Shown: positions 10,573 through 20,607 of the stretch, one piece after another
Layout of the letters: every line of letters begins with the position of its first letter
Position numbering within the stretch: position 1 is the first letter of the stretch
The notes under the pieces: generated by a model
Told to the model about the DNA's origin: nothing
Seen by the model: only the letters and a program-made list of their open reading frames with translations
Databases searched by the model: none
NCBI GenBank assembly: GCA_965243135.1
Contig: OZ251539.1
Location: 5,280,001 to 5,344,000, forward strand
DNA from: Alphaproteobacteria bacterium
Lineage (GTDB): Bacteria > Pseudomonadota > Alphaproteobacteria > MPNO01 > UBA830
Direction: 5' to 3'
DNA length: 64,000 nucleotides
Program-made: the position numbers and the translations under genes

Positions 10573-10980
10573 ATGACGATGCCTGAATCGGCGACTCACA
10601 CTCGATTCCTGCGGCGCGATCCGGTGGAAGAATCTGCAATGCGGAACATGGCGTTCGCATCGGCGCTGGAATCGCTGGACGTGGACGCGCTGCGGCGGCG
10701 CTACGGCGATGCGGATGGTGCTACGGCGACGGCGGATGCGCTGATGGATGCTGCCGACGCGCTGCGGGCGGTGGCGGATCATATCGTCGGCGCGGAACGC
10801 GCTGGATCGAGAGCGCTGGCGCTCGCGACATCTACGGCCGCGCTGGCAATCGCGCTGGCTGCCACATTCGGACCGGACGACCTGCGGCGGTCGCTGCAAT
10901 CCCGGCCGGCGATGCGGCCGGCGGACCTGGACAAGACGGCGAATCTGATCGCTGCTTTCGCTGGCGCGATGGATGGATAG
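10573..10980 (+). CDS. Hypothetical Ala-rich helical protein (135 aa) within the interrupted array end
   Basis: GGGAGA RBS before the ATG, GC-rich codon usage; no family recognised. Confidence 0.65.
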   Translation: MTMPESATHTRFLRRDPVEESAMRNMAFASALESLDVDALRRRYGDADGATATADALMDAADALRAVADHIVGAERAGSRALALATSTAALAIALAATFGPDDLRRSLQSRPAMRPADLDKTANLIAAFAGAMDG

Positions 10981-11207
10981 GTCGGGCGGGCTGCCTGTCG
11001 GCGCGGCCTGCGATCCCTGCGGGCTGAGATAGGGTATTCGCGGCGCGGGATACCGCTGGCGGCCAAAAGCTAGGCGGATTGAAGTGGCGCAATCTCATTC
11101 CGCCGGCAACGGCGATCCCGGAATGAAATGGGTGCGGACCGGTAAGACTGGACCGATAGCGGAACGAGATCGCGGCGCTTCAACCGCTGTCGCCGAACTT
11201 GCAATAA

Positions 11208-11244
11208 GTCGAATGCATTGCCCCGCTACTGAGGGGATTGAAAA
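11208..11244 (+). CRISPR. Orphan degenerate terminal repeat of array 1
   Basis: GTCGAATGCATTGCCCCGCTACTGAGGGGATTGAAAA differs from the consensus at 4 positions; lies 3.3 kb beyond the main array. Confidence 0.92.
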
Positions 11245-11262
11245 AAGCTGGTTTTCCAGCTT
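11241..11262 (-). terminator. Intrinsic terminator for csx1
   Basis: Minus strand AAGCTGG-AAAA-CCAGCTT followed by a T-tract, about 35 nt after the csx1 stop. Confidence 0.7.
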
Positions 11263-11297
11263 CACCGGCCGAGTGGCGGTTTCCGTGGAAGCATATG

Positions 11298-12515
11298 TCA
11301 CCATCCCAAGATTGAACGCGAACTATCCAACAATTTTTGGAAGGATGTCTCCAATTCGCGGTAAAGGCGATCTCGATCCGTGAGCACATTGCGGTACCAA
11401 TTGTCAGGACCGGGACCGTGAGCGAGGCTGTTACGGATATTCTGTAAATTCCGGTAGGACGTTCGTAGCCATGGAGGTTTCGTGTGTAAATTTGATTCGA
11501 AAATTTTGACAGCGTTCTTGCGTTCCTCGAAATCGGTAGCGGACACGCCCTGAGCGCTGCATATGCGATTAGCGAACGCTTCCCATCCCAGCATGGCTGC
11601 GCGAACGAAGTCGTCTCGTTTGAGGTATTGATACGCCAGCAATCTCTGCTGCGACGCCAAGTCGGGCTCGTTCGCCCATCGCAATCGTGCGGTAAGCCGA
11701 CGTTGGAAGAGACCGGATGCGCCATCGAGGCGATCGTCTAGCGCAGGAAGGAAAGCCCGGAGCTTGTGCGCGGCGTCGCGCACGTTGAGGGTGCGCTCGT
11801 AGAATGCCGCATCCTTCAGGAGGTTGGCCATGTTGTCCTGTACGCCGTCGTCAATCAACAGCCGTTCGAAAACCCCGTAATCGCCGGTAGCGTCGAATCG
11901 GTCCAAGGCGTCTATCCAGTGTCTGACGCGGATCAGGCCATCGAGTTTCAATACCGGGGTGACGCCGTCGCGCGTCATGTCGAGCGCGCCATACCACAAA
12001 CTGCGGACGTTCAGGTTGCTGATGCGCTCCAACATGAACGCTGAGAGGAACCCGACCATGCCGAGATGACGGAATCCGTGAGTCAGGTCGAAGCTGACGG
12101 CGCCGTTCGGCACGGCTTCGGCGACGACGTCCAGGATGGCGTATTGCTCCTCCGCATTCTGGCCGAACGGGATAAGGCGCGGGTGCGCATCGCGGCCGAT
12201 GCCTTTTCTCATAAGTGGCGCCAATTGGTCGAGAAGAGGTTGGCGAACTGCATGATCGGCTTCGGCCTCGAGCAGCGTAAGGCGCACGTCCTCTTCGGTG
12301 CCGTCTTCTGCCAAGTGTTCGACCAGAACGCTCCACTGACTGCTGCAGGTGCCGAGGATGACGGTGGAGTCGGGATCGAGATACTGCGACAACGCCAGTC
12401 CAAAAAACGCTGTTTCGTGATTTGTCTTGTCCGGGAACTGGTAGACCGTCTTCCGATATCCGGCGTTTTCCGTCATTCGGCTCTTGCCGAGGAACGTGAC
12501 AAGTGTGTGATTCAT
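11298..12515 (-). CDS. csx1: Csx1-family CARF-HEPN ribonuclease (TIGR02221-like)
   Basis: TLVTFLG...YRKTVYQF, FDLTHGFRHL (CARF), IRNSLAHG (HEPN RxxxxH). Confidence 0.9.
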   Translation of the reverse strand: MNHTLVTFLGKSRMTENAGYRKTVYQFPDKTNHETAFFGLALSQYLDPDSTVILGTCSSQWSVLVEHLAEDGTEEDVRLTLLEAEADHAVRQPLLDQLAPLMRKGIGRDAHPRLIPFGQNAEEQYAILDVVAEAVPNGAVSFDLTHGFRHLGMVGFLSAFMLERISNLNVRSLWYGALDMTRDGVTPVLKLDGLIRVRHWIDALDRFDATGDYGVFERLLIDDGVQDNMANLLKDAAFYERTLNVRDAAHKLRAFLPALDDRLDGASGLFQRRLTARLRWANEPDLASQQRLLAYQYLKRDDFVRAAMLGWEAFANRICSAQGVSATDFEERKNAVKIFESNLHTKPPWLRTSYRNLQNIRNSLAHGPGPDNWYRNVLTDRDRLYRELETSFQKLLDSSRSILGW

Positions 12516-12628
12516 GCGTCGACGGCTCCCGAGTTGTTGCGGTTATCCGGTTCGACGTAGACGGATTTCGCCGAGAGCGACGCATGCGAAGATGCTGTGG
12601 TCAGTTCCATGAAGCGACGGTATTGGCC

Positions 12629-13249
12629 TTATCTACGCCCAGAAAGATCGATCTTCGGCTCGGTCCCCGCTATCAGCCGCTGAATGTTGCGCCAGTGCCG
12701 CAGCCAGACAACGACGGCCAGCGCCAGTCCGAACTCCGCCATCTGAGGATCGGCGAGCCACCACAGAAAACCCGGCGCCGCCGCGATCGACACCAAAGCC
12801 GCCAGCGACGAGTACCGGAACGCCGCCGCTATGGCCAGCCACGTCAGGCAGCACAACGCGCCCGCCGCTGGCGCCAGCGCCAGCGCGATGCCGAACGCCG
12901 TCGCCACGCCCTTGCCGCCCCGAAAATTCACCCACGCAGGGAACAGATGCCCGACAAGCGCGCCCGCCGCGGCGATGATCGCAATGTCGGGCCCGTAGAA
13001 CTGGCCGAGCAGGACCGCCGCCGCGCCCTTGCCGCCGTCCAGCAACAGCGTCGCCGCCGCGAGGGGTCGGTCGCCGGTGCGCAGCACGTTGGTCGCGCCG
13101 ATATTGCCGGATCCGATGCCGCGAATGTCCGCCGTTCCCGCCAGCTTGGTCAGCAACAGCCCGAACGGAATCGAGCCGAGCACGTATCCGCCCGCGAAAC
13201 CCGCCACAATGTAAGGCCAGCTGTAGGCCCAACTGATCGGATCGATCAT
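12629..13249 (-). CDS. plsY: Glycerol-3-phosphate acyltransferase PlsY
   Basis: GSIPFG, GSGNIGATNVLR, DGGKG, GHLFP, FRGGKGVAT, RHWRNIQRL; start overlaps the pyrC stop. Confidence 0.96.
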   Translation of the reverse strand: MIDPISWAYSWPYIVAGFAGGYVLGSIPFGLLLTKLAGTADIRGIGSGNIGATNVLRTGDRPLAAATLLLDGGKGAAAVLLGQFYGPDIAIIAAAGALVGHLFPAWVNFRGGKGVATAFGIALALAPAAGALCCLTWLAIAAAFRYSSLAALVSIAAAPGFLWWLADPQMAEFGLALAVVVWLRHWRNIQRLIAGTEPKIDLSGRR

Positions 13250-14526
13250 CCCGCTTGTCCCTTCCAGATATGGATTTCGCGCCCGTCCGCGATCGTGCGC
13301 AACGCCCGGCCCCGCGCTCGATGGCCGTCGAACGGCGAATTCTTCGACTTGCTCCGCATGGCCGCCGTATCGATCGTCCAAGGCGCTTCCCGATCGAACA
13401 GTACCAGATCCGCCGGCCTACCGGCGGCGAGGCTTCCCGCCTTCAGGCCGAGCAGCGCGGCGGGCGCGGCCGTCATCCGCCGCAGCGCGTCGAGCAGGCT
13501 CATGCCTTCATTGTGATGCAGCGCCAGCGCCAGCGGCAACAGCGTTTCGAGCCCGACGATCCCGTTTTCGGCCTGTGCGAACGGCAGGCGCTTCGAGTCC
13601 TGGTCCTGCGGATTGTGATCCGACGCGATCGCGTCGATCGTGCCGTCGCGGAGCCCCTCGATCACCGCCAGGCGGTCCGGCTCGGCGCGCAGCGGCGGCG
13701 AAACCTTGGCGAAGGTCCGGTAATCCTCCACCGCGCTTTCGTTCAACGTGAAATATTGCGGTGCCGTATCGCAACTGACCGGCAGGCCGCGCCTCTTCGC
13801 CGACCGGATGACCTCGACCGCCGCCGCCGTCGAGACGTGCGCCGCATGGTAACGGGCGCCGGTCAGTTCGACCAGGCGCAGGTCTCGCTCGATCATCATC
13901 GCTTCGGCCGCGGACGGTATGCCCGTCAGGCCCAGCCGCGTCGACATTTCTCCCTCGTTCGCGTGGCCGTCCGCTGCAAGCCGCGGCTCCTCCGGATGTT
14001 GGACGATCAGCGTATCGAACGTGGCGGCGTAGGACAATGCGCGGCGCATGACCAGCGCGTCGGCGACCGCCCTGTCGCCGTCCGAAAACGCCGGAACGCC
14101 GGCTTCCCGAAGGGTGCCGAACTCCGTCAGCTCGATCCCGGCGCATTCGCGGGTGATGGCGCCGTAAGCGTAGATCTTCACGTCGTTCGGCGCCCGACGC
14201 GTGACGAACTCCGCGACGGCGACGCTGTCCACCGGCGGCTGGGGCAGGCAGACGAGCGACGTCACGCCCCCGGCCGCGGCGGCTTCCGACGCCGTTCCGA
14301 ACGTTTCCTTGTGCCCGCCCGGCAGATGGACGCGCATGTCGATCAGTCCGGGGGCCAGGCAATGGCCGCCGCAATCGACCGTTTCGGCGTCCGCGGGCGC
14401 GCTGTCGGCACGGATCCCGGGTCCCGCCTCGCGGATCCGTCCGTCTTCGACGAGCGCGCCGCCCGCTGCGTCCAGCCCCGTCGCCGGGTCCAGCAGGCGC
14501 GCGTTGATGAAGGCGCGTCGCTTCAT
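13246..14526 (-). CDS. pyrC: Dihydroorotase family protein (pyrB-associated; DMRVH suggests the non-catalytic type)
   Basis: [48 protein letters not shown]. Confidence 0.9.
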   Translation of the reverse strand: MKRRAFINARLLDPATGLDAAGGALVEDGRIREAGPGIRADSAPADAETVDCGGHCLAPGLIDMRVHLPGGHKETFGTASEAAAAGGVTSLVCLPQPPVDSVAVAEFVTRRAPNDVKIYAYGAITRECAGIELTEFGTLREAGVPAFSDGDRAVADALVMRRALSYAATFDTLIVQHPEEPRLAADGHANEGEMSTRLGLTGIPSAAEAMMIERDLRLVELTGARYHAAHVSTAAAVEVIRSAKRRGLPVSCDTAPQYFTLNESAVEDYRTFAKVSPPLRAEPDRLAVIEGLRDGTIDAIASDHNPQDQDSKRLPFAQAENGIVGLETLLPLALALHHNEGMSLLDALRRMTAAPAALLGLKAGSLAAGRPADLVLFDREAPWTIDTAAMRSKSKNSPFDGHRARGRALRTIADGREIHIWKGQAG

Positions 14527-15464
14527 TGGCTGGCGCCCGACAGGTTGCGGGCCACGAGATCGAGGCAGGCCATGCGGACCGCGACCCCCATCTCGACCTG
14601 TTCGTGGATCACGCTGCGGTCGATGTCGTCGGCGAGTTCGGAATCGATTTCGATGCCGCGGTTCATCGGTCCCGGATGCATGACCAAAGCGTCCGGCTTC
14701 GCCCGCGACAGCTTCTTGCGGTCAAGGCCGAAGAACCGGAAATACTCCCGCGTGGAGGGCACGAAGGAGCCCTGCATCCGTTCGATCTGGAGACGCAGCA
14801 TCATGATGATGTCGGCGTCTCGCACGCCGACGCTCATGTCGTGGTGAATCTCGACGTCGAACCGTTCGATCGCGGCCGGCAGGAGCGTCTTCGGGGCGAC
14901 AAGGCGCACCCGCGCGCCCATGGCGTTCAGCAAATGGATATTGGACCGGGCGACTCGCGAATGCAGGATGTCGCCGCAGATCGCCACGACGATGCCCGCC
15001 AAAGCGCCCTTGCGCCGCCGGATCGTCAGCGCATCGAGGAGCGCCTGCGTGGGATGTTCGTGGCAACCGTCCCCGGCGTTGATCACCGAACAGCTTACCT
15101 TTTCGCTCAGCAGTTGCACGGCCCCCGATTCGCCGTGACGCACGACCAGCACGTCGGGACGCATGGCGTTCAGCGTCATCGCGGTGTCGATCAGGGTTTC
15201 GCCCTTCTTGATGGCGCTGGTGCCGACCGACATGTTGATCACGTCCGCGCCCAGGCGCTTGCCGGCGATCTCGAAGGAAGTGCGGGTGCGCGTGGAATTC
15301 TCGAAAAACACGTTCATCAGCGTGCGCCCGTTGAGCAGGGCGTTCTTCTTGTCCTCCTGGCGATTCTGCGCGATGTAGGATTCCGAAAGGTCGAGGAGAA
15401 GCTCGATTCGCTCGGCGGACACCCCTTCCGTGCCGAGGATGTGCCGAAAGCCCGCTTCAGCCAC
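14523..15464 (-). CDS. pyrB: Aspartate carbamoyltransferase catalytic subunit
   Basis: [49 protein letters not shown]. Confidence 0.98.
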   Translation of the reverse strand: MAEAGFRHILGTEGVSAERIELLLDLSESYIAQNRQEDKKNALLNGRTLMNVFFENSTRTRTSFEIAGKRLGADVINMSVGTSAIKKGETLIDTAMTLNAMRPDVLVVRHGESGAVQLLSEKVSCSVINAGDGCHEHPTQALLDALTIRRRKGALAGIVVAICGDILHSRVARSNIHLLNAMGARVRLVAPKTLLPAAIERFDVEIHHDMSVGVRDADIIMMLRLQIERMQGSFVPSTREYFRFFGLDRKKLSRAKPDALVMHPGPMNRGIEIDSELADDIDRSVIHEQVEMGVAVRMACLDLVARNLSGASQ

Positions 15465-15512
15465 CTTCGTCCTTCCGGGACCGCCGCGGCGTTCCGGTCG
15501 GGCGGCCCCGCG

Positions 15513-16169
15513 TCATTCGGCCGCTTGCCTCGGGACGAGTTCTTCCGGCGTCAGCTTCTCCATGCGAAACATGTTGGTTTCGTCCACAAGGGCGTAGTCC
15601 TTGTAACCGAGCCGCGCGATCGGCTTGAGTCGCGCGACGTCAAGGATGCCGTCGTCGCTGATCGCCTCGTCGGCGATATGGACGCCCACCACGCGCCCGA
15701 ACACGACCTGGTGCGTCGAAACCTTCGTATGGCCGGGCAAGGTCACGGTTTCGTGATGCACGCATTCGAAGTGCACCGGCGAACCCTTTATGCGCGGCGG
15801 CCGGACCAGGCTCGAGGAAAGCGTTTCCAGGCCGGCCGCGGCGAGTTCGTCCGCGTCGCGGTCCACGATGAACGCCGTTTTGTTCATTTGCTCGCGCTGA
15901 TCCCACGTCGCCATGTTGTACACGAACTCGCCGGTCTCATGGATGTTGACCACCGTGTCCTTCTTTTCCGAGTCGTTCGGGTGGCCGCCCGACGAGAACA
16001 TTACGTATGGCGGATTGTAGCTCAGGCAGTTGAAAAAGCTGAAGGGCGCGGCGTTGGCGCGGCCTGACGCGTCGACGGTCGTGATCCAGCCGATGGGGCG
16101 CGGCACCACGCAGGCCTTGACGGGATTGTAGCGCAGTCCGTGGTCGTTTTTGTTGGGTTCGTAAAACAT
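15513..16169 (-). CDS. Flavin reductase family protein
   Basis: VVPRPIGWITT, NAAPFSFFN, KKDTVVNIHETGEF, PIARLG. Confidence 0.9.
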   Translation of the reverse strand: MFYEPNKNDHGLRYNPVKACVVPRPIGWITTVDASGRANAAPFSFFNCLSYNPPYVMFSSGGHPNDSEKKDTVVNIHETGEFVYNMATWDQREQMNKTAFIVDRDADELAAAGLETLSSSLVRPPRIKGSPVHFECVHHETVTLPGHTKVSTHQVVFGRVVGVHIADEAISDDGILDVARLKPIARLGYKDYALVDETNMFRMEKLTPEELVPRQAAE

Positions 16170-16183
16170 TCAGATCTCCCGGT

Positions 16184-17299
16184 TCAGCTTTCGAGGGCGA
16201 CGACGCGGCCGTCGGCGGCGCGCCCCTGCCGATGATAGTGCCCGATCTTTTCGAGCAGCGGACGGACGCTGTACAGGATTGCGTCTTCGGTCTCGCTCTC
16301 GTTCGCGAATCGGTGCCAGGCGCGGCCTGGCACCACGAAAAGGTCGTTTTGGCTCCACTCCAAACTTTCGCCATCGACCTCGGCGCGGCCCTTGCCGGCG
16401 ATTACGGCGTGAAAGGCGCCGGCGGTCGAGCGGGTTTCGGCCGTGACTTCTCCCGGTCGCAACAGCGTTGCCGAATAGCCGAGCGTCTTGAAGGAGGCGC
16501 CGCCGGACGCCGGGTTGGAGAATTCCGCCGTCACCGCATCCCAAGAAGTGCCGGCGACGTCTCGCATGCCGTCGAGCGCGGCGCGGATGTCCGCGCCGCG
16601 ATAGTGGAACATCGGCGAGTCCCCGCGGCCGGACGGAGGTGTCCGCGGCACGATGCCGCCCGTTCCGTAAAGCCGCTTCGACAGGCCCTCGTTCAAAGGC
16701 GTTCCGTTTGCGCCCTCCTGATCAATCCAGATGGCGTCGAGATATTCCAGCAGTGGCCAGTCGAGCACGTCGATCACTGGCGTGTCCGAGTCGTTGCCGT
16801 GGCCGTGCCACGTGCCCGCGGGCGTCAGAATCAAATCGCCGCGCCCGGCGGCGCAGCGCTCTCCCTCGACCGTCGTGTAGCCTCCGCCGTCCGACAGGAT
16901 CGTGCGGCTGGCGTTCGGCGTATGGGTCTCCGCCACGTCGCCCGGCTTGTAGATCGAAACGGCGACCCGGATCGAGGCGGTAACCTTAAGAGCGCCGCCG
17001 AACCCGGGATTGGTCAGGAGAAATTGCTGCCGCTCCGTGAATTCCAGCGGCGCGATCGCGGCGATGCGATGAAGATAGGGTTCGTATTCGGTCCATCGCC
17101 ACAGGCAGGGCGCGGCGCGCCCGGGCCGCGCCTGGGGCGGAAGATCCGGACGGTGCCATGGCGGATGCATGGCCGCGTTGGCCTGCGTCCTCAGCCAGAT
17201 GTTGAACCGCGCCGCTTCTTCGTTCATCCGCTCCATCTCGGCCAGCGCGGCGGCGGGCAACTCCGGAGCGGCCAGCGTTGGGCGAAGCTCTGCCGTCAT
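16184..17299 (-). CDS. Bicupin gentisate 1,2-dioxygenase-like protein (metal motif looks damaged)
   Basis: ERQQFLLTNPG, YTTVEGE, GDLILTPAGTWHGHGN, DLFVVP...WH; the expected HRH motif is reduced to ETHTPN. Confidence 0.75.
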   Translation of the reverse strand: MTAELRPTLAAPELPAAALAEMERMNEEAARFNIWLRTQANAAMHPPWHRPDLPPQARPGRAAPCLWRWTEYEPYLHRIAAIAPLEFTERQQFLLTNPGFGGALKVTASIRVAVSIYKPGDVAETHTPNASRTILSDGGGYTTVEGERCAAGRGDLILTPAGTWHGHGNDSDTPVIDVLDWPLLEYLDAIWIDQEGANGTPLNEGLSKRLYGTGGIVPRTPPSGRGDSPMFHYRGADIRAALDGMRDVAGTSWDAVTAEFSNPASGGASFKTLGYSATLLRPGEVTAETRSTAGAFHAVIAGKGRAEVDGESLEWSQNDLFVVPGRAWHRFANESETEDAILYSVRPLLEKIGHYHRQGRAADGRVVALES

Positions 17300-17303
17300 C
17301 GGT

Positions 17304-18368
17304 TCAGACTCCCTCGATCACGTCCGCCCAGCTCTCGATCGTTTCTGGCAGGCCGGTACGGACATGGGTGCTGAACAGAGTGTAGCCCATGTCTCCGAGG
17401 GCGCGAATCCGTTCGCGCAACTCCTCCTTCGTGCCGGACATGGTTGTGGCGCGAATCAGATCGCCCGTGATCAGATGCTTCTCTTCCGGGCGCACCGTCA
17501 TCAGATGGTTCTTGTGGTTCGACAGGTAGCGGGCTTCCTCCGGTTCGTAGCGCCGGTAGATCTCAAGGTATTCATCGCGCAAGCCTTCCATGCCCGGCGG
17601 CAGCCGCGCGCCGAGAGAGCCGAACTCTTCCGCTTCCGCGAGGTCGTGCAGAGCGACGGCCGCCGACGGACCGGCCTGGTCGCGAACGTAATCGGCGTCC
17701 CAATCGCCGGATCGTCGAAGCACCGCGCCGCCGCAATTGGCGTTCGCCGTAAGGTCCGCGGCGTCGCGGCCCGCCTCGGTCCAGACCCGTTTCATCTCGC
17801 CGATAGCCGCTTCCGCCCGCGCCGGAGATCCGACGGAGTTCGTCCAGCCGTATCCGCGTTCGGCGATCATGCGGCGTCCGCGCGGACCGAACGCGGATAC
17901 ATGGACGGGAATGGGGTCGGCGATGTTGATCAGGCCCAGTTCCGGGTTCATGAACCGGACGAGGCGTTTCCTGCCCTCTATCTCGGCCGCCGTGGTTTCG
18001 CCCTTCAGAAGCCGCTCCACCGCGTCGACGTAATCGAACATGGCCTTCAGCCCCATCGGACCGAGACCCATCGTGCGGCGTCCGGTGAAGCCGGTCCCGA
18101 CCCCGAAGTCTATCCGTCCGGGCGCGAGAGCGTTGAGGCTCGCGAGCGCGCTGGCGGCGACGGGAGCGAGCCTGTTCGACGGGATCAGCACGCCGGTTCC
18201 CAGCCGGATGCGCTCCGTCTTCATGGCCGCGGCCGTCATCGAGACGAACAGTTCCGCATTGATGAGTTGCGAGTCGATGAACCATGCCTCGTCGAAGCCC
18301 AATTCCTCCGCGCGCCGGACGAGTTTCCACGAGTCGGCCGCGGGCGCGATGCTGATGCCGAATTTCAT
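17304..18368 (-). CDS. LLM-class flavin/F420-dependent oxidoreductase
   Basis: MKFGIS...AEELGFDEAW, TERIRLGTGV, LAPGRIDFGVGTG, IPVHVSAFGP. Confidence 0.9.
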   Translation of the reverse strand: MKFGISIAPAADSWKLVRRAEELGFDEAWFIDSQLINAELFVSMTAAAMKTERIRLGTGVLIPSNRLAPVAASALASLNALAPGRIDFGVGTGFTGRRTMGLGPMGLKAMFDYVDAVERLLKGETTAAEIEGRKRLVRFMNPELGLINIADPIPVHVSAFGPRGRRMIAERGYGWTNSVGSPARAEAAIGEMKRVWTEAGRDAADLTANANCGGAVLRRSGDWDADYVRDQAGPSAAVALHDLAEAEEFGSLGARLPPGMEGLRDEYLEIYRRYEPEEARYLSNHKNHLMTVRPEEKHLITGDLIRATTMSGTKEELRERIRALGDMGYTLFSTHVRTGLPETIESWADVIEGV

Positions 18369-18970
18369 CGGAGTCTCCAGCGAATAGCGCCGACAGTATC
18401 GCACCGTCTCGGCGCGCCTGAAACGTCCGGCGCCCGATTCCTTTGGCGCGCTCGTCATCGTCCCGCCGGGAGGCCCGGTCCTCGGACATGCGCGGCGGCG
18501 CGACGGGCTTTGCGGGATGGTCCGTCGCCGGCAATGACGGGCGGCGAGAGAACGGGTGTCGGCGGGGGGCGAAAACGAGGCCGCGCGGCGCCGCGGTCCA
18601 GGGCTCTGCCGCGGTGCCGGCGCTCGCGTCATTTTCTTGAGGCGATTGTTGATCGGGAGTGAATATCGAGCTATCCGTTCGGGCCGAATGTCCATGTCGT
18701 CGGAAGGTCGCCGGGATTTTCCGAAGACGACGCCTTGCGTTCCGGCGTTTGCCGGTTCGCGGCGTCCTTGAGCTTGCGCGGAAAGGGCGATGCATGGCTT
18801 TGGGGGGCGCGGCAACTGCCTCGAACCGGACGGCAACGGAGATGACGGATTTTTGGAGTTTTCCAAAGAGGGCCTTGGGCATTGCGCGGCGTCCTCGGCG
18901 GAACGAGAGCGGTTCCCCGGGTGCCGGCGCGGCTGCGTTCCGTGACGCCGGAATCCCGCGCCGCTGAAAG

Positions 18971-19372
18971 ATGCCGATTTTCGATACCCCTGAAGCCGTA
19001 GACCGGAGCTCGCTCAAGCGGGAGATTCGGTCCTTGCGCGCCAAGGCGGCGAAAGGGGATGGCGAGGGAGCGGCCGCGCTCGAAGACGATGCCGTGAAGG
19101 TCGCACTCGAACTGGTCGATGCATTCCCGGGTTATATCGAAAATCCGGATGTCGACGTTTCCCCGCATGGCGAAATCGATTTCGACTGGATGATCGATGA
19201 AGACGCGATGCTTACCGTCAGCGTGCTGTCTTCGAGCGAGATAGGGTTTGCCGCATTGCTTCCTGACGCCAAGGCGAGCGGAAGAGAACCCTGGAGCGGG
19301 ACGTTGCCGCCCTTCGTGCATTGTTGCTTCGAGCGTCTCAAGGCGACGGAGATCGTGAAGGCTTCGGCGTAG
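18971..19372 (+). CDS. Hypothetical protein (133 aa, PDVDVSPHGEIDFDW motif)
   Basis: Coding-like ORF inserted between catabolic genes; no function recognised. Confidence 0.65.
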   Translation: MPIFDTPEAVDRSSLKREIRSLRAKAAKGDGEGAAALEDDAVKVALELVDAFPGYIENPDVDVSPHGEIDFDWMIDEDAMLTVSVLSSSEIGFAALLPDAKASGREPWSGTLPPFVHCCFERLKATEIVKASA

Positions 19373-19814
19373 TTTGCGGATCTGCAACGGAAAGCCGCCG
19401 GCCAACCAAAAGCGCTGCGAAGGACGAGTCGTTGGACCCGAACGAAAACGGCGAGTTGTCCGAATGTCGCGCAAGTGGACGGGTCGCGGCGACGGCGGCG
19501 CGAATTGGCGGCAGACGGCAAAGTTTACGGTTGGGACGCATCGCGAATTGTCGTCGACAAGGCCGCGAGAATATTCTCCTGGCGGTTCTCCTTTCGAAGG
19601 CGACGAGGTTCGCGGCAGGGATTCTCCGATCTCGGCGGGATTTCGCTACGAGGCCCGGCGACCGCTTCTTCCGTGCGTCCGCTGCCTTTGTCGGGGGAAG
19701 TCCGGGGAATTCTCGCCGGCTCAATGCCGGAGTCCGTCCGCGCGTCCGTCTATAATGCCTTGAAGGCGGTTTCCGGCGAGCCGGCAATGAGCCGCCTACA
19801 ACGCGGAGGACGCG

Positions 19815-20603
19815 ATGCTCACGCTCTATCACAACGGCATGTCGACCTGCTCCCAGAAGGTCCGGCTTGCGCTCGCCGAAAAGGATCTCGAATGGGAAGA
19901 CCGCCACCTCGACCTCCGGGCGGGCGAGACCCACACGCCCGAATATCTCGAACTCAATCCTCGGGGCGTCGTGCCGACCCTCCTCCACGACGGGCAGGTC
20001 GTGCGCGAATCCAACGTCATTCTCGAGTATCTCGACGACGCTTTCCCCGACCCGCCGCTTCGGCCCGGCTCTCCCATCGGCAGAGCGCAAGTCCGCCTGT
20101 GGCTCAAGCGGCTCGACGAGGGCCATCACGATTTGGCGACCTCCACCCTGAGCATGGCGGTGGCGTTCCGCCATCAGTACCTCGCCAAGGGAACCGCGGA
20201 GAGCGCCATCGCAAGCGTGCCGGATCCCGTGAGGCGGGAACGCCGCCGCGATCTGATCCGCAACGGCACCGAAGCGCGCGAATTCCCGACGGCGATCGGC
20301 ATGTGGGTGCGTCTGCTCGAAGATATGGAGACGGCGCTGCGCGACAGCCCTTGGCTCGCAGGCGAAAGCTATTCCATCGCCGATGCCGCCTGGACGCCCT
20401 ACATCGTTCGTCTCGATCACCTTCGCGCGCTCGAGCTTGTCGCCCGAAAACCCCGCCTGATCGACTGGCATGCCCGCGTGCAGGCGCGTCCCGCCTACCG
20501 GAAGGCGATGACCGACTGGTTCTCGCCCGACTATCTCTCGCTGATGGCGGAAAAGGGCGAGGAAGCCTGGCCGCGCATTGCGGAGATCGCGGCCAAGCTA
20601 TGA
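19815..20603 (+). CDS. Glutathione S-transferase family protein
   Basis: STCSQKVRLAL, LNPRGVVPTL, ESNVILEYLD, WLAGESYSIAD. Confidence 0.93.
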   Translation: MLTLYHNGMSTCSQKVRLALAEKDLEWEDRHLDLRAGETHTPEYLELNPRGVVPTLLHDGQVVRESNVILEYLDDAFPDPPLRPGSPIGRAQVRLWLKRLDEGHHDLATSTLSMAVAFRHQYLAKGTAESAIASVPDPVRRERRRDLIRNGTEAREFPTAIGMWVRLLEDMETALRDSPWLAGESYSIADAAWTPYIVRLDHLRALELVARKPRLIDWHARVQARPAYRKAMTDWFSPDYLSLMAEKGEEAWPRIAEIAAKL

Positions 20604-20607
20604 CGGG

